Assembly (NCBI GenBank): GCA_030651375.1
Contig: JAUSFM010000014.1
Span: 89,630 to 153,629 of the forward strand
DNA from: Candidatus Woesearchaeota archaeon
GTDB taxonomy: Archaea; Nanobdellota; Nanobdellia; Woesearchaeales; UBA12501
Reading direction: 5' to 3'
Length of the DNA stretch: 64,000 nucleotides
In this document: positions 28,875 to 38,138 of the stretch, in pieces
Numbering within the stretch: position 1 is the first letter of the stretch
Layout: the number at the start of each line of letters is the position of its first letter
Program-made: the position numbers and the translations under genes
The notes under the pieces: model-generated
What the model saw: the letters and a program-made list of their open reading frames with translations, nothing else
Databases searched by the model: none
What the model was told of the DNA's origin: nothing

Positions 28875-29930
28875 TCACATCGGCGTGGCCATGCTTATCC
28901 GCATGCCTAACTCTCGCGCACCTTGATATACCATTTGTTCATCCATCGGCCCAACAGTAATTCTCAGTGCTTTCATATCTCGTATCTTGTCATACTGGCG
29001 ACGATGGCCATCGGGAAGAAAAGAGCCCATGCCTGCCACAACCATCTCGCCTTTGAGTTCTTTTTCTAATTCGGTACCAGTATAACGGCAGTGTTCTGGC
29101 AGCCGCACAAGTGAGGTAATTGCACAGGGCGATGCCCGTACGACGGTTGTTTCTGGTGGCGCAAACAGATGGAGACCGTTGTCAAATGCCTCGTTTCTTC
29201 TCTTTAATTCCGCGAGCGCCGATGCGGTTGCATTATGATATGCTAACTGCAACAAGCTTCCACGAACGTATCTTCCGGTTTCGTATTCAGGAGTGGAAGT
29301 AACCGACATCTTCATCTTTTTTGCGCTGGGCGCATCAGGGGCAAGAATGTATGAAACATCTCCTAATGGCTCGTCACCATATCGTTTTGAAAATCCTTCA
29401 ACAACGTATGGCCGGGTAAAGAATCGTGCGATACTATCTCGTTGTCCGGGTTCGTCCAATCCCCGTAGTATATCATCAATCACGATATCAACACCATACC
29501 TGCACGCGGTTTCGTCTAATAGTCGTGCTGCTGGTTCAGAAATCGTGTACATCAATGGAACAGCAGGATTTACCAAAATCAAAGCGTAGATTGTTCCTTT
29601 TTTTGCTTCCCGCTCAAAATTTTCAACAAGGCTTTCTTCGTTTGGTGCTTCAAAAAAGGTAAAGGGGAGTGTATTGCATATTAATTGAAAATGCCAGTTA
29701 GGTACGGGTATGGCAACCTGTTTATTTGGCTGGCATAATTCATGAAAGACGTGGTCTAAGGCATCTCGTGTGGTGCTTGCGCAGGGGATGATACGTTCTG
29801 TTTCAACCGCCAGTGTTGTTTCTGTACGCAAGATCTCGTGTACGACCTCTTCTATCGGTACGAGTGCTCTTTTTTGGGCGGAAGTGATACGATGGTCTGC
29901 ACGGCATATGTCCTCTTCTATATTCGCCAA
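28875..29930 (-). CDS. Divergent paralog of the adjacent PLP aminotransferase-like protein
   Basis: 'ILVNPAVPLMY...CRYGVDIVIDDILRGL...VEGFSKRYGDEPLGDV' is collinear with the downstream neighbour. Confidence 0.45.
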   Translation of the reverse strand: MANIEEDICRADHRITSAQKRALVPIEEVVHEILRTETTLAVETERIIPCASTTRDALDHVFHELCQPNKQVAIPVPNWHFQLICNTLPFTFFEAPNEESLVENFEREAKKGTIYALILVNPAVPLMYTISEPAARLLDETACRYGVDIVIDDILRGLDEPGQRDSIARFFTRPYVVEGFSKRYGDEPLGDVSYILAPDAPSAKKMKMSVTSTPEYETGRYVRGSLLQLAYHNATASALAELKRRNEAFDNGLHLFAPPETTVVRASPCAITSLVRLPEHCRYTGTELEKELKGEMVVAGMGSFLPDGHRRQYDKIRDMKALRITVGPMDEQMVYQGARELGMRISMATPM

Positions 29931-29997
29931 TCGTTCAAAATCATCGGGCGGTATGTGACTCGTTACGCTATACTCCCCAAAATGTGCAGAACCAAAA

Positions 29998-30040
29998 TTG
30001 TAGGTAGGGCGAAGATGATTATAGGTAGGACGAAGAGCTT
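29998..30040. repeat. Direct repeat ATTGTAGGTAGGGCGAAGA / ATTATAGGTAGGACGAAGA upstream of the aminotransferase-like operon
   Basis: Two roughly 19-nt near-identical copies separated by 2 nt, about 70-110 nt upstream of the 28875..29930 start. Confidence 0.35.
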
Positions 30041-30276
30041 GGCCAACTTGGAAAGATACATGTTGGTTAACCAGCCTTACTAGTTGATCTGGGGGAGGGA
30101 GTATGAATCGTACCCCCCTCTAGTTCAAACTCAATAAATTCCCCAGTGTCGTCATTCTTTGTTCCCATAAGCAAAACCTGATTTTAAGAAGAAAAAAGCC
30201 TTTGATTTATAAACCTTTGTGGTTAGAAGATATTGAGGAGGATATTACACGTGGGCAATTAGCCCAACAAGTCAAA

Positions 30277-30350
30277 CGCCTCTGCTGGGATTTGAACCCA
30301 GGTCCCAAGCTCCGCAAGCTCGTATACTGTCCAAGCTATACTACAGAGGC
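30277..30350 (-). tRNA. tRNA-Arg (anticodon GCG)
   Basis: Reverse complement gives acceptor gcctctg/cagaggc, anticodon stem cgagc/gcttg with loop ttGCGga, T arm ctggg-ttcaaat-cccag, discriminator G. Confidence 0.8.
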
Positions 30351-30460
30351 ATGGCACTAAGAAGTATATGGCTTGTTTATAAGATTTATTGTTTTAGGGG
30401 CTCTTTTCTTTTGTTTTATAAATAAAAAAATTTATAAGTTATGTCATCGGGAATGACCAT

Positions 30461-30973
30461 ATGAGACAATTAAAGACTATATTTGACACTAATATCTACG
30501 GCGAACTTTTGTCAAAATCAGAGTATGTTGATTTGATTGAAAAAATAAGGTCTGATGGGGGTCTTGTTGTTTTTGGCTTTAGAGAAATAAGAAAAGAACT
30601 AAAAGATACTCCCAAAGATAAGGCCACACATGATGACTCCCAATTGCGAATTGCTTTGCTGGTGTTATACGATAAACTGGTAAAATCAGAAAGAGACTTG
30701 CTTGTCACGCCTGAAATAGAAAAGTTGGCGATTGATTACCACAAGGAATATCAAAAATTAGGAGGTATTACTTCTTTAAATATTCTAAAACGTGATTTTC
30801 TTATTGTTGCCTGTGCCTCAATTAAAAATATGGATATTGTGTATTCGGATGATAACAGCACCATGTTATCAAAATTATCAATCGAATCATATACTGCCAT
30901 CAATAGCCGTGAAAATCTCAGGTCACCTAATTTTCTTAATTTTAAAGATTTGAGAAAAAAATATAACTTTTAA
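30461..30973 (+). CDS. PIN-domain protein (VapC-like nuclease fold)
   Basis: 'IFDTNIYGELL' first-strand Asp motif, and C-terminal 'FLIVACASIKNMDIVYSDDNS' resembling the PIN acidic quartet. AT-rich codon usage. Confidence 0.45.
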   Translation: MRQLKTIFDTNIYGELLSKSEYVDLIEKIRSDGGLVVFGFREIRKELKDTPKDKATHDDSQLRIALLVLYDKLVKSERDLLVTPEIEKLAIDYHKEYQKLGGITSLNILKRDFLIVACASIKNMDIVYSDDNSTMLSKLSIESYTAINSRENLRSPNFLNFKDLRKKYNF

Positions 30974-31155
30974 CTTGTTTGTTTTACAAACCTACGTGCT
31001 GCCTTACAAAATTGAGGGTCTTCCTGCCATTTTCTAAGCAAAGCAAGGAACTCTTTAAAACTCTTTTTCTTTAGTTCAGTATAAGAAACATCTTTCTTGC
31101 CAGTCCCTTTTTTTCCCATCCGCGTCACCTTTCTAAGGTTGAGTGTTTTTTTCAT
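30970..31155 (-). CDS. Small basic protein in the AT-rich islet (unknown function)
   Basis: 61 aa, K-rich, convergent with the PIN gene. Confidence 0.2.
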   Translation of the reverse strand: MKKTLNLRKVTRMGKKGTGKKDVSYTELKKKSFKEFLALLRKWQEDPQFCKAARRFVKQTS

Positions 31156-31264
31156 TTTTAAAATTACCGTTTCTTTTATTAATACATCCTTTTATTGAGG
31201 ATAATGTGTTATAGTTTAGTACCAAAAAGTAGCATTAACATATATACCTTTCGGAAAACTCAGT

Positions 31265-31918
31265 TTATGCTTTTATGGCTATGGTGCTGGGTGCTTTTCG
31301 CCCAACCGATGGCCCGTCCTTGATGACAAAGCCGGCTTTTTTCATGTTCTGCCGAACCTCAGTTGCACAGCTGTAGGTCGTAAGCATAGCTCCTTTTTTC
31401 ATTACGCCCGCCACTGCCCTGAAAAATTCTTCAGTCCACAGCTCCGGGCATTTCTTGGGTGAGAACGGGTCAAAAAAAACAACGTCGAACGAGAGAGGAA
31501 CGAGGCGCGTGATTGTTTTTCGCGCGTCGCCGAGTATGATTTTGAGGCTGATATTTTTCTCGGTTATTGAAAATCCCTTTTTTTGTACGCAGGCCTGCAC
31601 CAGCGGATAGCGTGCGAACTTTGGTGTGAGTGTTGGAATTGTCTGAAGAATTTGCTCGTCGTTTTCAAGGCCGACAATTTCCATGGTGCCTTCGGCAACA
31701 TCGAGCGCAGCGGCGGTGTTGTATCCAAGGCCAAAACACACGTCGAGTACGCGCACGTTTTTTTCCAGCTTTTCCCGGCATACCTCGGCGTATTTTTTAA
31801 CGGCTTCTTCCTCGGCGCCGGACATGGAGTGGTAGGCCTCGCCGTACTGTGTGTTATAAAAGGTCACCGAGCCGTCCCCGGTAACTATTTTGTTCAGCTC
31901 CATTATGTTTTGGAACAC
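31265..31918 (-). CDS. MnmC-like SAM-dependent methyltransferase domain protein (DUF752 family)
   Basis: 'VLDVCFGLGYNT' and 'DVVFFDPFSPKKCPELWTEEFF' match the MnmC C-terminal methyltransferase signature (DxFxDgFsP...peLW). Confidence 0.55.
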   Translation of the reverse strand: MFQNIMELNKIVTGDGSVTFYNTQYGEAYHSMSGAEEEAVKKYAEVCREKLEKNVRVLDVCFGLGYNTAAALDVAEGTMEIVGLENDEQILQTIPTLTPKFARYPLVQACVQKKGFSITEKNISLKIILGDARKTITRLVPLSFDVVFFDPFSPKKCPELWTEEFFRAVAGVMKKGAMLTTYSCATEVRQNMKKAGFVIKDGPSVGRKAPSTIAIKA

Positions 31919-31954
31919 GAGAAACTATATAAAATGTGATGGTTTTGGCAGTGC

Positions 31955-33076
31955 ATGGCAAAAAAGAATGATTTTGTTATTCTTCCCACCGGTCCTAATG
32001 GATATATGGCTGAAGGTGTTGCATTATGTCTTGGAAAACAAGCATTACCTATTCAGAGTGCTGCGTTTAGCGATGGCCACATGATTCGCCGTATTGTTGA
32101 TACCGTGCGAAGAAAGCCAGTGTATCTTGTGCAGACATACATCGCTGGCCAACCTTATCAAATGCTTACCGAAGTCGGCCAGATGCTCAACGCTGCATTC
32201 CATGCCAGTGCTGCCCGAAGAACGGTGGTTATGCCAAAAGCAGTAGGTGACCGACAAGATCGAATTAACCAAGCAGGAGAGCCCATCGAAGTCCAGGAAG
32301 TTGCTGAAGAGCTTGAATCAAAAGGTATGGACAGCTTAATCGTGGTGCGGCCGCATTTTGCGCAATATTCATCAGTTGTTCGCCGGCCGACGCTGATGCT
32401 TTCCGGCTTGCCCTTGTTTGCGTACCATCTTCGTCAGCAAGTTGAAAATTATGATGAACTTTGTTTTGTTGCTGCAGATGGCGGCGCAGAAAAAGAAACC
32501 CGTCTCTTCATGGAGATTATGGGCTCAACACATTACGCAACCGTGATCCAAGGCCGCAAAGTTACTGATAAAACCGCTGATTCAAAAATACTGGCAGGTG
32601 TTTCAGGCGTTGAGCATATTCAAGGAAGGCATTGCGTGTTTATTGAAGATATCGTCGAAAGCGGCACGACCGCATCAAATGCTGCACAAGCGGTTATGGA
32701 TGCTGGAGCAAAAAGTGCAGTACTCTATGCGCCCCATCTTGGCTTGAGTGGCAAGGCACCAGAGTATCTCAATGGTTCACCTCTTTCTGCGGTTATTGGT
32801 CTCGACACGGTGTACCACCCGCCAGAATTTCTCGCACAGTTTGAAAAGGTTAAAATCATCAGCTGTGTTCCCATGCTTGCCGACGTCATCAAGCGCGACC
32901 GCTTCGGTGAATCAACGCGGCTGTTTGCCTGCCTTGACCGTGTGACACTCGCTACAGAGCCGGAGAAGATGTTCGAACTTGTTGAACGAGTGTATCGTGA
33001 AGCCCGAAAATTAACGTACGATAGCGGCAACCAAAATCATCGGTTGCTCCAAGACCGCGTCGCCAACCTTTTTTAA
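31955..33076 (+). CDS. prs: Ribose-phosphate pyrophosphokinase (PRPP synthetase) family
   Basis: N-terminal 'FSDGHMIRRIVDTVRRKPVYLVQTY' (FSDGE...VRG.DVfiiQS pattern) and PRPP-binding loop 'VFIEDIVESGTTA'. 373 aa, longer than typical Prs. Confidence 0.55.
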   Translation: MAKKNDFVILPTGPNGYMAEGVALCLGKQALPIQSAAFSDGHMIRRIVDTVRRKPVYLVQTYIAGQPYQMLTEVGQMLNAAFHASAARRTVVMPKAVGDRQDRINQAGEPIEVQEVAEELESKGMDSLIVVRPHFAQYSSVVRRPTLMLSGLPLFAYHLRQQVENYDELCFVAADGGAEKETRLFMEIMGSTHYATVIQGRKVTDKTADSKILAGVSGVEHIQGRHCVFIEDIVESGTTASNAAQAVMDAGAKSAVLYAPHLGLSGKAPEYLNGSPLSAVIGLDTVYHPPEFLAQFEKVKIISCVPMLADVIKRDRFGESTRLFACLDRVTLATEPEKMFELVERVYREARKLTYDSGNQNHRLLQDRVANLF

Positions 33077-34596
33077 TAATCCGCCAAATTTATCTGCCCT
33101 TTTCTCTTATTTTCCCTCACAACAACTTTTTCCCCATCCTGCCCGACTTGTTTTTTGATGGCAGCGGCGATGGATTTTCCAATCAGCTGGGACAGCACCA
33201 GAACATCTGCCTTTTTCACATCCTCGATCGCGCAGATTTTGTTGTTGAACAGCTTGCGCGCGCGCACCCGCCCAATACCGGCGAGTTTTAGCAATGGCAG
33301 CAGCTCTTCCTTGACGCCGTACTTGAGGCGAACGCGCGCCTTTTGTATTTTTTTCAGCTCATCAAAGTTTTTGTTCATGCGTGCCAGCTCGCTGGCGGCA
33401 TACAAAAGCCAATCGGCGCGATCCAGCTTGACGCGTATCTCGCCGGGCCGGACGTCAAACGTCTCGAGCAGGAACTCTTCATCTTTTTCATTCATCCACT
33501 CGTCAAAAAAGAGTGCAGTCTTAAACGAATTGAGAAAATCATCATACTCCGGGTCGTACAGCGACGGCTCAAGATGGATAAGGAGCCCTTCATACTCGCA
33601 CAGCTTTTGCTGCATTGATTCGTATTCTTTTTTGCGCACGGTCAACTGTGGGCGAAGCTCGAGCTGTGCCGCGATAAGATGAAGATAGGAAAATTCGTTT
33701 GTTGCTTTGGTACCAGAACGTTCCATGCCGATGAGCACCTGGTGCGCAGTGTACGGGTCAAGATATAACTCAGCAACGCGCTTGCCAATCGGCGTTGCGC
33801 TGATGCGCCCGCTGCGCCCTTGTTCAAGTTCAGCTGCTGACACAAAGTCGCCTCGTTCGTGTGCACGCATGCTTGCCGCGATGAATCCGTAGGTTTCCAG
33901 CACCCCGAGCACGCGGTTAATAATTTTTTCAAAATGCGCCATATCCTGATAGTGCGCCGCCCAAAAGGTTTCGCTGAAAAAAGCAAGGAGCTCTTCTTCG
34001 GTTGAGACAAATTCAGATGCAACAAGCGCAAGAACATACATGCGCAGCACCGGCTCGACCGCAAGTTTTGAATGAATTTCTTCGGGGACACCGCAAATGT
34101 ACCGCTCATAAATATGCTCAGCTTCCTTTTCACTGTCGGCAACCGCAATGGCCTCGCCGTAGGTATCGTATGCAGGACGCCCGCTTCTTCCTGCCATCTG
34201 CTCGTACTCGAGCACCGGAATCCAGTCAAGGCCACGGTGGCCGTACCGTTTCAGGTCGCGAAGTATCGTGCGAAACGAAGGAACATCAATGCCTGCGGCA
34301 AGCGTAGGGGTTGCGCAGATAATTTTGATTGCCCCGCCCCGAAAATTATCTTCCACGAGTTCGCGCTGTTTGGGCGTCAGGCCGGAGTGGTGGAATGCGA
34401 TGCCTTTTTTTGCGCAGGTTGCAAGCCGCTGGCACTGCCGAGTCGGTGTGGAGAGTACGTTGAGCAACTCATCGGAAAGCACCGTCAGCGATGCGATCTG
34501 CTCGGCGCCCAGATTTTTTATCTGTTTTGCAAGGTCTTCTGCTGTTTTTTCGGCAGAGCGTTTGGTGTTCACAAACACAAGCGCCTGCTTGTTCAT
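33073..34596 (-). CDS. Hel308/Ski2-like helicase, C-terminal portion only (RecA2, winged helix, ratchet, HhH); N-terminal ATPase domain absent
   Basis: Motifs 'ALVFVNTKRSAE', 'FHHSGLTPKQRELVEDNFRGGAIKIICATPTLAAGIDVP' and 'MAGRSGRPAYDTYGEAI' are present, but Walker A/DEAH are absent. The 5' region of the track ORF is overlapped by the Lrp gene in another frame. Confidence 0.5.
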   Translation of the reverse strand: MNKQALVFVNTKRSAEKTAEDLAKQIKNLGAEQIASLTVLSDELLNVLSTPTRQCQRLATCAKKGIAFHHSGLTPKQRELVEDNFRGGAIKIICATPTLAAGIDVPSFRTILRDLKRYGHRGLDWIPVLEYEQMAGRSGRPAYDTYGEAIAVADSEKEAEHIYERYICGVPEEIHSKLAVEPVLRMYVLALVASEFVSTEEELLAFFSETFWAAHYQDMAHFEKIINRVLGVLETYGFIAASMRAHERGDFVSAAELEQGRSGRISATPIGKRVAELYLDPYTAHQVLIGMERSGTKATNEFSYLHLIAAQLELRPQLTVRKKEYESMQQKLCEYEGLLIHLEPSLYDPEYDDFLNSFKTALFFDEWMNEKDEEFLLETFDVRPGEIRVKLDRADWLLYAASELARMNKNFDELKKIQKARVRLKYGVKEELLPLLKLAGIGRVRARKLFNNKICAIEDVKKADVLVLSQLIGKSIAAAIKKQVGQDGEKVVVRENKRKGQINLADY

Positions 34597-34618
34597 GCCG
34601 AGGGTATGCAGCGCAAGA

Positions 34619-35167
34619 TTAATCGCGCCGGAGTCGGTGGGTGACGGGATGTCCATGGCGTGCGGAGAATGCATGAGGATTATAAACTTTTCTTTGGTGG
34701 CGCATCTTTTCAGGGAGTTCAGCCCAGAACTGCTCGCGGTGAATGTCGGATATAACATAGTAAATATTCTTTTCGCGGATGGCGAAAAGAGTGTCAAGCT
34801 CTTCAACAAAATGCTCGAGCTCGCCCATGGTTCGAAACACAACTTCGGCCATGAAATCATAGCCGTTGTTTATTTTATAGAGTGAATTGAGGCATTTCTG
34901 TTTCTCGAAATATTCTAGGATTTTGTCTTTTTCTTCTGGCGCAACTTTCATGGTGATGAACGCCCACGCATGAAACCCAAGCCGGCCAAAGTTGAGCAAC
35001 GCGGTATATTTGGTGATGAACGCGGAAAATCTGCCTGCCAGATAATCAAAAAGTGTTGATACCGGCATCTTTGATGCTCTGCCCAGTTTGGTGAGCGGCA
35101 TGCGCGCATTGACCCGTAGATGAGCGACTGCTGATTTTTCTGCTGGTGAAAGTTCCATACGTTCCAT
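34619..35167 (-). CDS. Lrp/AsnC-family transcriptional regulator
   Basis: HTH 'SPAEKSAVAHLRVNARMPLTKLGRASKMPVSTLFDYL' plus a RAM-domain-like 'FHAWAFITMKVAPE...GYDFMAEVVFRTMGELEHFVEEL'. Start set at the internal Met (MERMEL). Confidence 0.6.
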   Translation of the reverse strand: MERMELSPAEKSAVAHLRVNARMPLTKLGRASKMPVSTLFDYLAGRFSAFITKYTALLNFGRLGFHAWAFITMKVAPEEKDKILEYFEKQKCLNSLYKINNGYDFMAEVVFRTMGELEHFVEELDTLFAIREKNIYYVISDIHREQFWAELPEKMRHQRKVYNPHAFSARHGHPVTHRLRRD

Positions 35168-35339
35168 AGATACACCTCCAAAAAATAACCGAACGCAGCA
35201 TGACAGCCTCGCTGCGCATGTGCCTGCCGTGCTGCATTCGATATAAAAGATATGTTCACCGCCGCGCATATTAAGTTGCGTTGTATTTTAGAATACAGAG
35301 AAGTATAGGGATGGACGACAGAAATAGTATCGAACTGTT

Positions 35340-36074
35340 TCAGAAAAATACTCCTGTACGATGCATTGGACGGCCAGGATGCTCAAACTGTTCCGCAAAA
35401 CAAAATTGCCAACAATCCCAGTCGATCATGGTTCGAAAATCTTTTCCCTGTATTGGGCCAATGTGTGCTGAGGGGTTAAATTCGTGTATAACCGCCGCAA
35501 CCTGTTCCCAGAAACGGGTGAGAACTTCTTCTGTTTCAAGGACATAGTCAATAGTTTTTGTTCCGGCATCAGGAAAGTTTCCGTCATAGTTGGCGACAAG
35601 CACGGGCTTATTTGTTTTGTCACCAAGAATCGTGCCTTCATATTCTCGGCAATCATCAAAAAAATGGTCTCGGCCGCGATACTCTGCTTTGACTCCTTTC
35701 AGCGCATCCCGAAACCGATCGCGCTCTGCTGCCATTTCCGGGGAAACTGAAAAATACAGATGGAGCATGGTGCGGTGGGGATACCACACCTTTTTCAGTG
35801 TACGCTCATCAAGTGTGTCGGCGACAACATAGGTAGCATGCTGCCGCAATGCAACTACATGCCCCGAACAGGTGTGGTATGTGTCCTCAACAAACGGCAA
35901 TCCCCACAATGCAGGCACAATCTCCCGAATGGGCTCTTCAAGAAGCGGCTTAAACTGTTGGTAAATCTGTATTCGATCGGCATCCATTGGTTCACTGGTT
36001 TTTCCGTTCGCGTAGCGCCGTTTCGCCGTAGGCGAAACGGCTTCCGTCGTCCACAACAGTTTTTTGCGAAGCAA
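35340..36074 (-). CDS. Hypothetical protein
   Basis: 244 aa ORF with no recognizable motif. Start may be the internal Met at 35987. Confidence 0.35.
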   Translation of the reverse strand: MLRKKLLWTTEAVSPTAKRRYANGKTSEPMDADRIQIYQQFKPLLEEPIREIVPALWGLPFVEDTYHTCSGHVVALRQHATYVVADTLDERTLKKVWYPHRTMLHLYFSVSPEMAAERDRFRDALKGVKAEYRGRDHFFDDCREYEGTILGDKTNKPVLVANYDGNFPDAGTKTIDYVLETEEVLTRFWEQVAAVIHEFNPSAHIGPIQGKDFRTMIDWDCWQFCFAEQFEHPGRPMHRTGVFF

Positions 36075-36085
36075 AAAAATGTTGA

Positions 36086-36158
36086 TGGGGTTGGGAAGAT
36101 TTGAACTCCCGTCGCACCCACCCCAAGGGTGAATCCTACCAGGCTAGACTACAACCCC
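36086..36158 (-). tRNA. tRNA-Pro (anticodon GGG)
   Basis: Reverse complement gives acceptor ggggttg/caacccc, anticodon stem caccc/gggtg with loop ttGGGgt, T arm gggag-ttcaaat-cttcc, discriminator A. Confidence 0.8.
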
Positions 36159-36233
36159 GATGAGATGGACAAAACTGGCAGGGGATATTTAAATGTTTGT
36201 GGATAACCAGCTTTGGCGTAAAAGGGCGAGAAT

Positions 36234-38096
36234 TTAGTTAGATAGGTGGAGATTATGAGAGCAGTGAAAAGTTCTCGGTAGATGGTTTTGAATTGTTTTC
36301 TGGCACCATATCAAGTCGGTCAAGATAGAAAACTGCTTGCCGATCGTCAACATATATCCACGAATTGTGTATTTTTTTATGAGCTGTTTTATCTTCCTCT
36401 CAGTATCTGCTGTTTTATTTGCTTCACAATACACCTTTTTTGTATCGACTCCAGTTTTTTGGACGAGTAGATTTCCACACATATTGGTAAAATCAGTTCG
36501 GTGAAGGACAACAAATCGCACGGTCTTTCTGAATTTCTCAAAGTCCCAATCAAGAATGTCATCTGTTTCGTGAAGGGTAGTGTTATCAACGCGCGAAACA
36601 AGGCCGCCTATGATTTTATGTTCGTGATGCATCTGTGCGTACATATTTCGTGCGCTCACTCCGTTGGTGTTCTGAAGTCCAACAGCGAGCGGCAAGTCAA
36701 GAACGGCACCGCCTTTTATCTCAAAAAGGGCATCCTCATAATAACTTAGTTCTTCATCAGCTTGCGGCGTGGCGTGAGACATAGGTATTGGTATTGCGGT
36801 AAGGTCAATGAAGATTATCCCGACGAGAAGAACCGCTACAAGAATGTTTCCGTTTCCCTTTAAAAACCGCAAACCTTTGCTTTTTTCGAGCACCATTTTT
36901 ATTCCGTACCCTGCAAGTACGATGGTTCCAAGGGATACCATAAATGTGAATCGGGTGAATCGAAGACTATCCATGAACGGCAGCTGCCTGAGGAGATTGG
37001 CAGGCATCGCGATATCTTGAAGAAACTCGTTTCCATAAAACCGAATTCCTTTTTCTCCAATACTCAACACAAAAAAAATAATCGCAAAGAGTATCCAGAA
37101 CCATTTTTTATTGTCTTTGGAAAACAACATTCCCGCGGCAGCAAGAATGAGTACGGATATGCCAAGGTATTCATATCCTCCACCCCCTTTGAACACGGTG
37201 CTCGTTGCAGGTCGAAGCAAATAGTTGGCAACATCAGTTTTATCATTCTCCGTTCCTACAGCGGTGTGAATACCCTTTTTTTCGATCATACGAAACGAGT
37301 GCGGCGAGGACAACACTATGAACAGGGCACCGATGAGGACCAGCTTCCACCATACTTTTTTTAAGCTTGGTTGGTGGCTGGTTGGATTTTTTGCTGAGGT
37401 TGTTTGGTTCTTTCTTTTTTCGACAAGGTAGTCTGCAAAAAAATATGCCAAAAATAGTCCAGTAAACAGAATCATAAACAAGGCATATACGGGCTCTAAA
37501 TAGAATATGACACCAAGAACAAGAGCGGCTATGGCACTGTTTTTTACCGTTGGATTATCACGGGTCTTGAACAAGAACAAAATATACAAAGGGATGAATT
37601 GTATTGATGCAAAGTTAAGATGATTCAGTATGCGAAACATATGCCACGGACTGAACGCGTATAGAATACCCATGATAATCGCGGCTTGTTTATTATTGAG
37701 AAGATAATCACCGAGAAGATACATGCAATACCCCGCAAGAGGGAAGGTAAGAAGAACAAGAATGTTATACGCAGCGATGTATCCAACAACTTTGGCGAGA
37801 AGCATGCCGATGAATGAGTTTAAAATACTGAGTGTATGAAACGTGAGATCGACACCGTGGGGGTAAAAAAGATAGTCGGTGTAAAAAAAAGGCAGTCCGT
37901 CGTGCAGTGATTTTTCCATCCACCACATATTCCACATAAAAACAAGACTATCTTTTGGATCGTGACTCATCGGCTTATCAAGATTAAACACAAGTGGGTA
38001 GGTAAAAAAGATAGTCAGCAGAGAAAATACTGCAAAAAGTATAACGAACTTTTTCAGGTTGGGATGGTGAGAATCAGACGTCGATGGTTCACCCAT
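36234..38096 (-). CDS. Polytopic (about 12-13 TM) membrane protein with C-terminal soluble domain, candidate GT-C-type glycosyltransferase
   Basis: 620 aa. N-terminal 420 aa are hydrophobic helices with a conserved loop 'PLVFNLDKPMSHDPKDSLVFMWNMWWM'. Paralogous to 38836..40551. Embedded in a glycosylation gene cluster. Confidence 0.45.
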   Translation of the reverse strand: MGEPSTSDSHHPNLKKFVILFAVFSLLTIFFTYPLVFNLDKPMSHDPKDSLVFMWNMWWMEKSLHDGLPFFYTDYLFYPHGVDLTFHTLSILNSFIGMLLAKVVGYIAAYNILVLLTFPLAGYCMYLLGDYLLNNKQAAIIMGILYAFSPWHMFRILNHLNFASIQFIPLYILFLFKTRDNPTVKNSAIAALVLGVIFYLEPVYALFMILFTGLFLAYFFADYLVEKRKNQTTSAKNPTSHQPSLKKVWWKLVLIGALFIVLSSPHSFRMIEKKGIHTAVGTENDKTDVANYLLRPATSTVFKGGGGYEYLGISVLILAAAGMLFSKDNKKWFWILFAIIFFVLSIGEKGIRFYGNEFLQDIAMPANLLRQLPFMDSLRFTRFTFMVSLGTIVLAGYGIKMVLEKSKGLRFLKGNGNILVAVLLVGIIFIDLTAIPIPMSHATPQADEELSYYEDALFEIKGGAVLDLPLAVGLQNTNGVSARNMYAQMHHEHKIIGGLVSRVDNTTLHETDDILDWDFEKFRKTVRFVVLHRTDFTNMCGNLLVQKTGVDTKKVYCEANKTADTERKIKQLIKKYTIRGYMLTIGKQFSILTDLIWCQKTIQNHLPRTFHCSHNLHLSN

Positions 38097-38138
38097 GCAG
38101 ATTTCGTACCCCCCTATGCACAGAACGAGGTATGCTAT

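Larger units (their letters stand above)
30351..31264. mobile_element. AT-rich islet of about 0.9 kb abutting tRNA-Arg (compositionally foreign, carries a PIN-domain gene)
   Basis: Sharp drop in GC relative to flanks. Begins exactly at the tRNA 5' end. Contains two small ORFs with AT-rich codon usage. Confidence 0.4.

Noticed and set aside
30110-30145. Apparent hairpin tgggggagggag...acccccctctag
   Set aside because: Arms are not properly complementary (gggggaggg versus cccccctc). It is probably only a G-run and C-run composition feature.
33155-34885. Plus-strand ORFs 33155..33682, 34072..34644 and 34268..34885
   Set aside because: Antisense shadows within the helicase and Lrp genes, with Ser/Arg/Cys-rich low-complexity translations.
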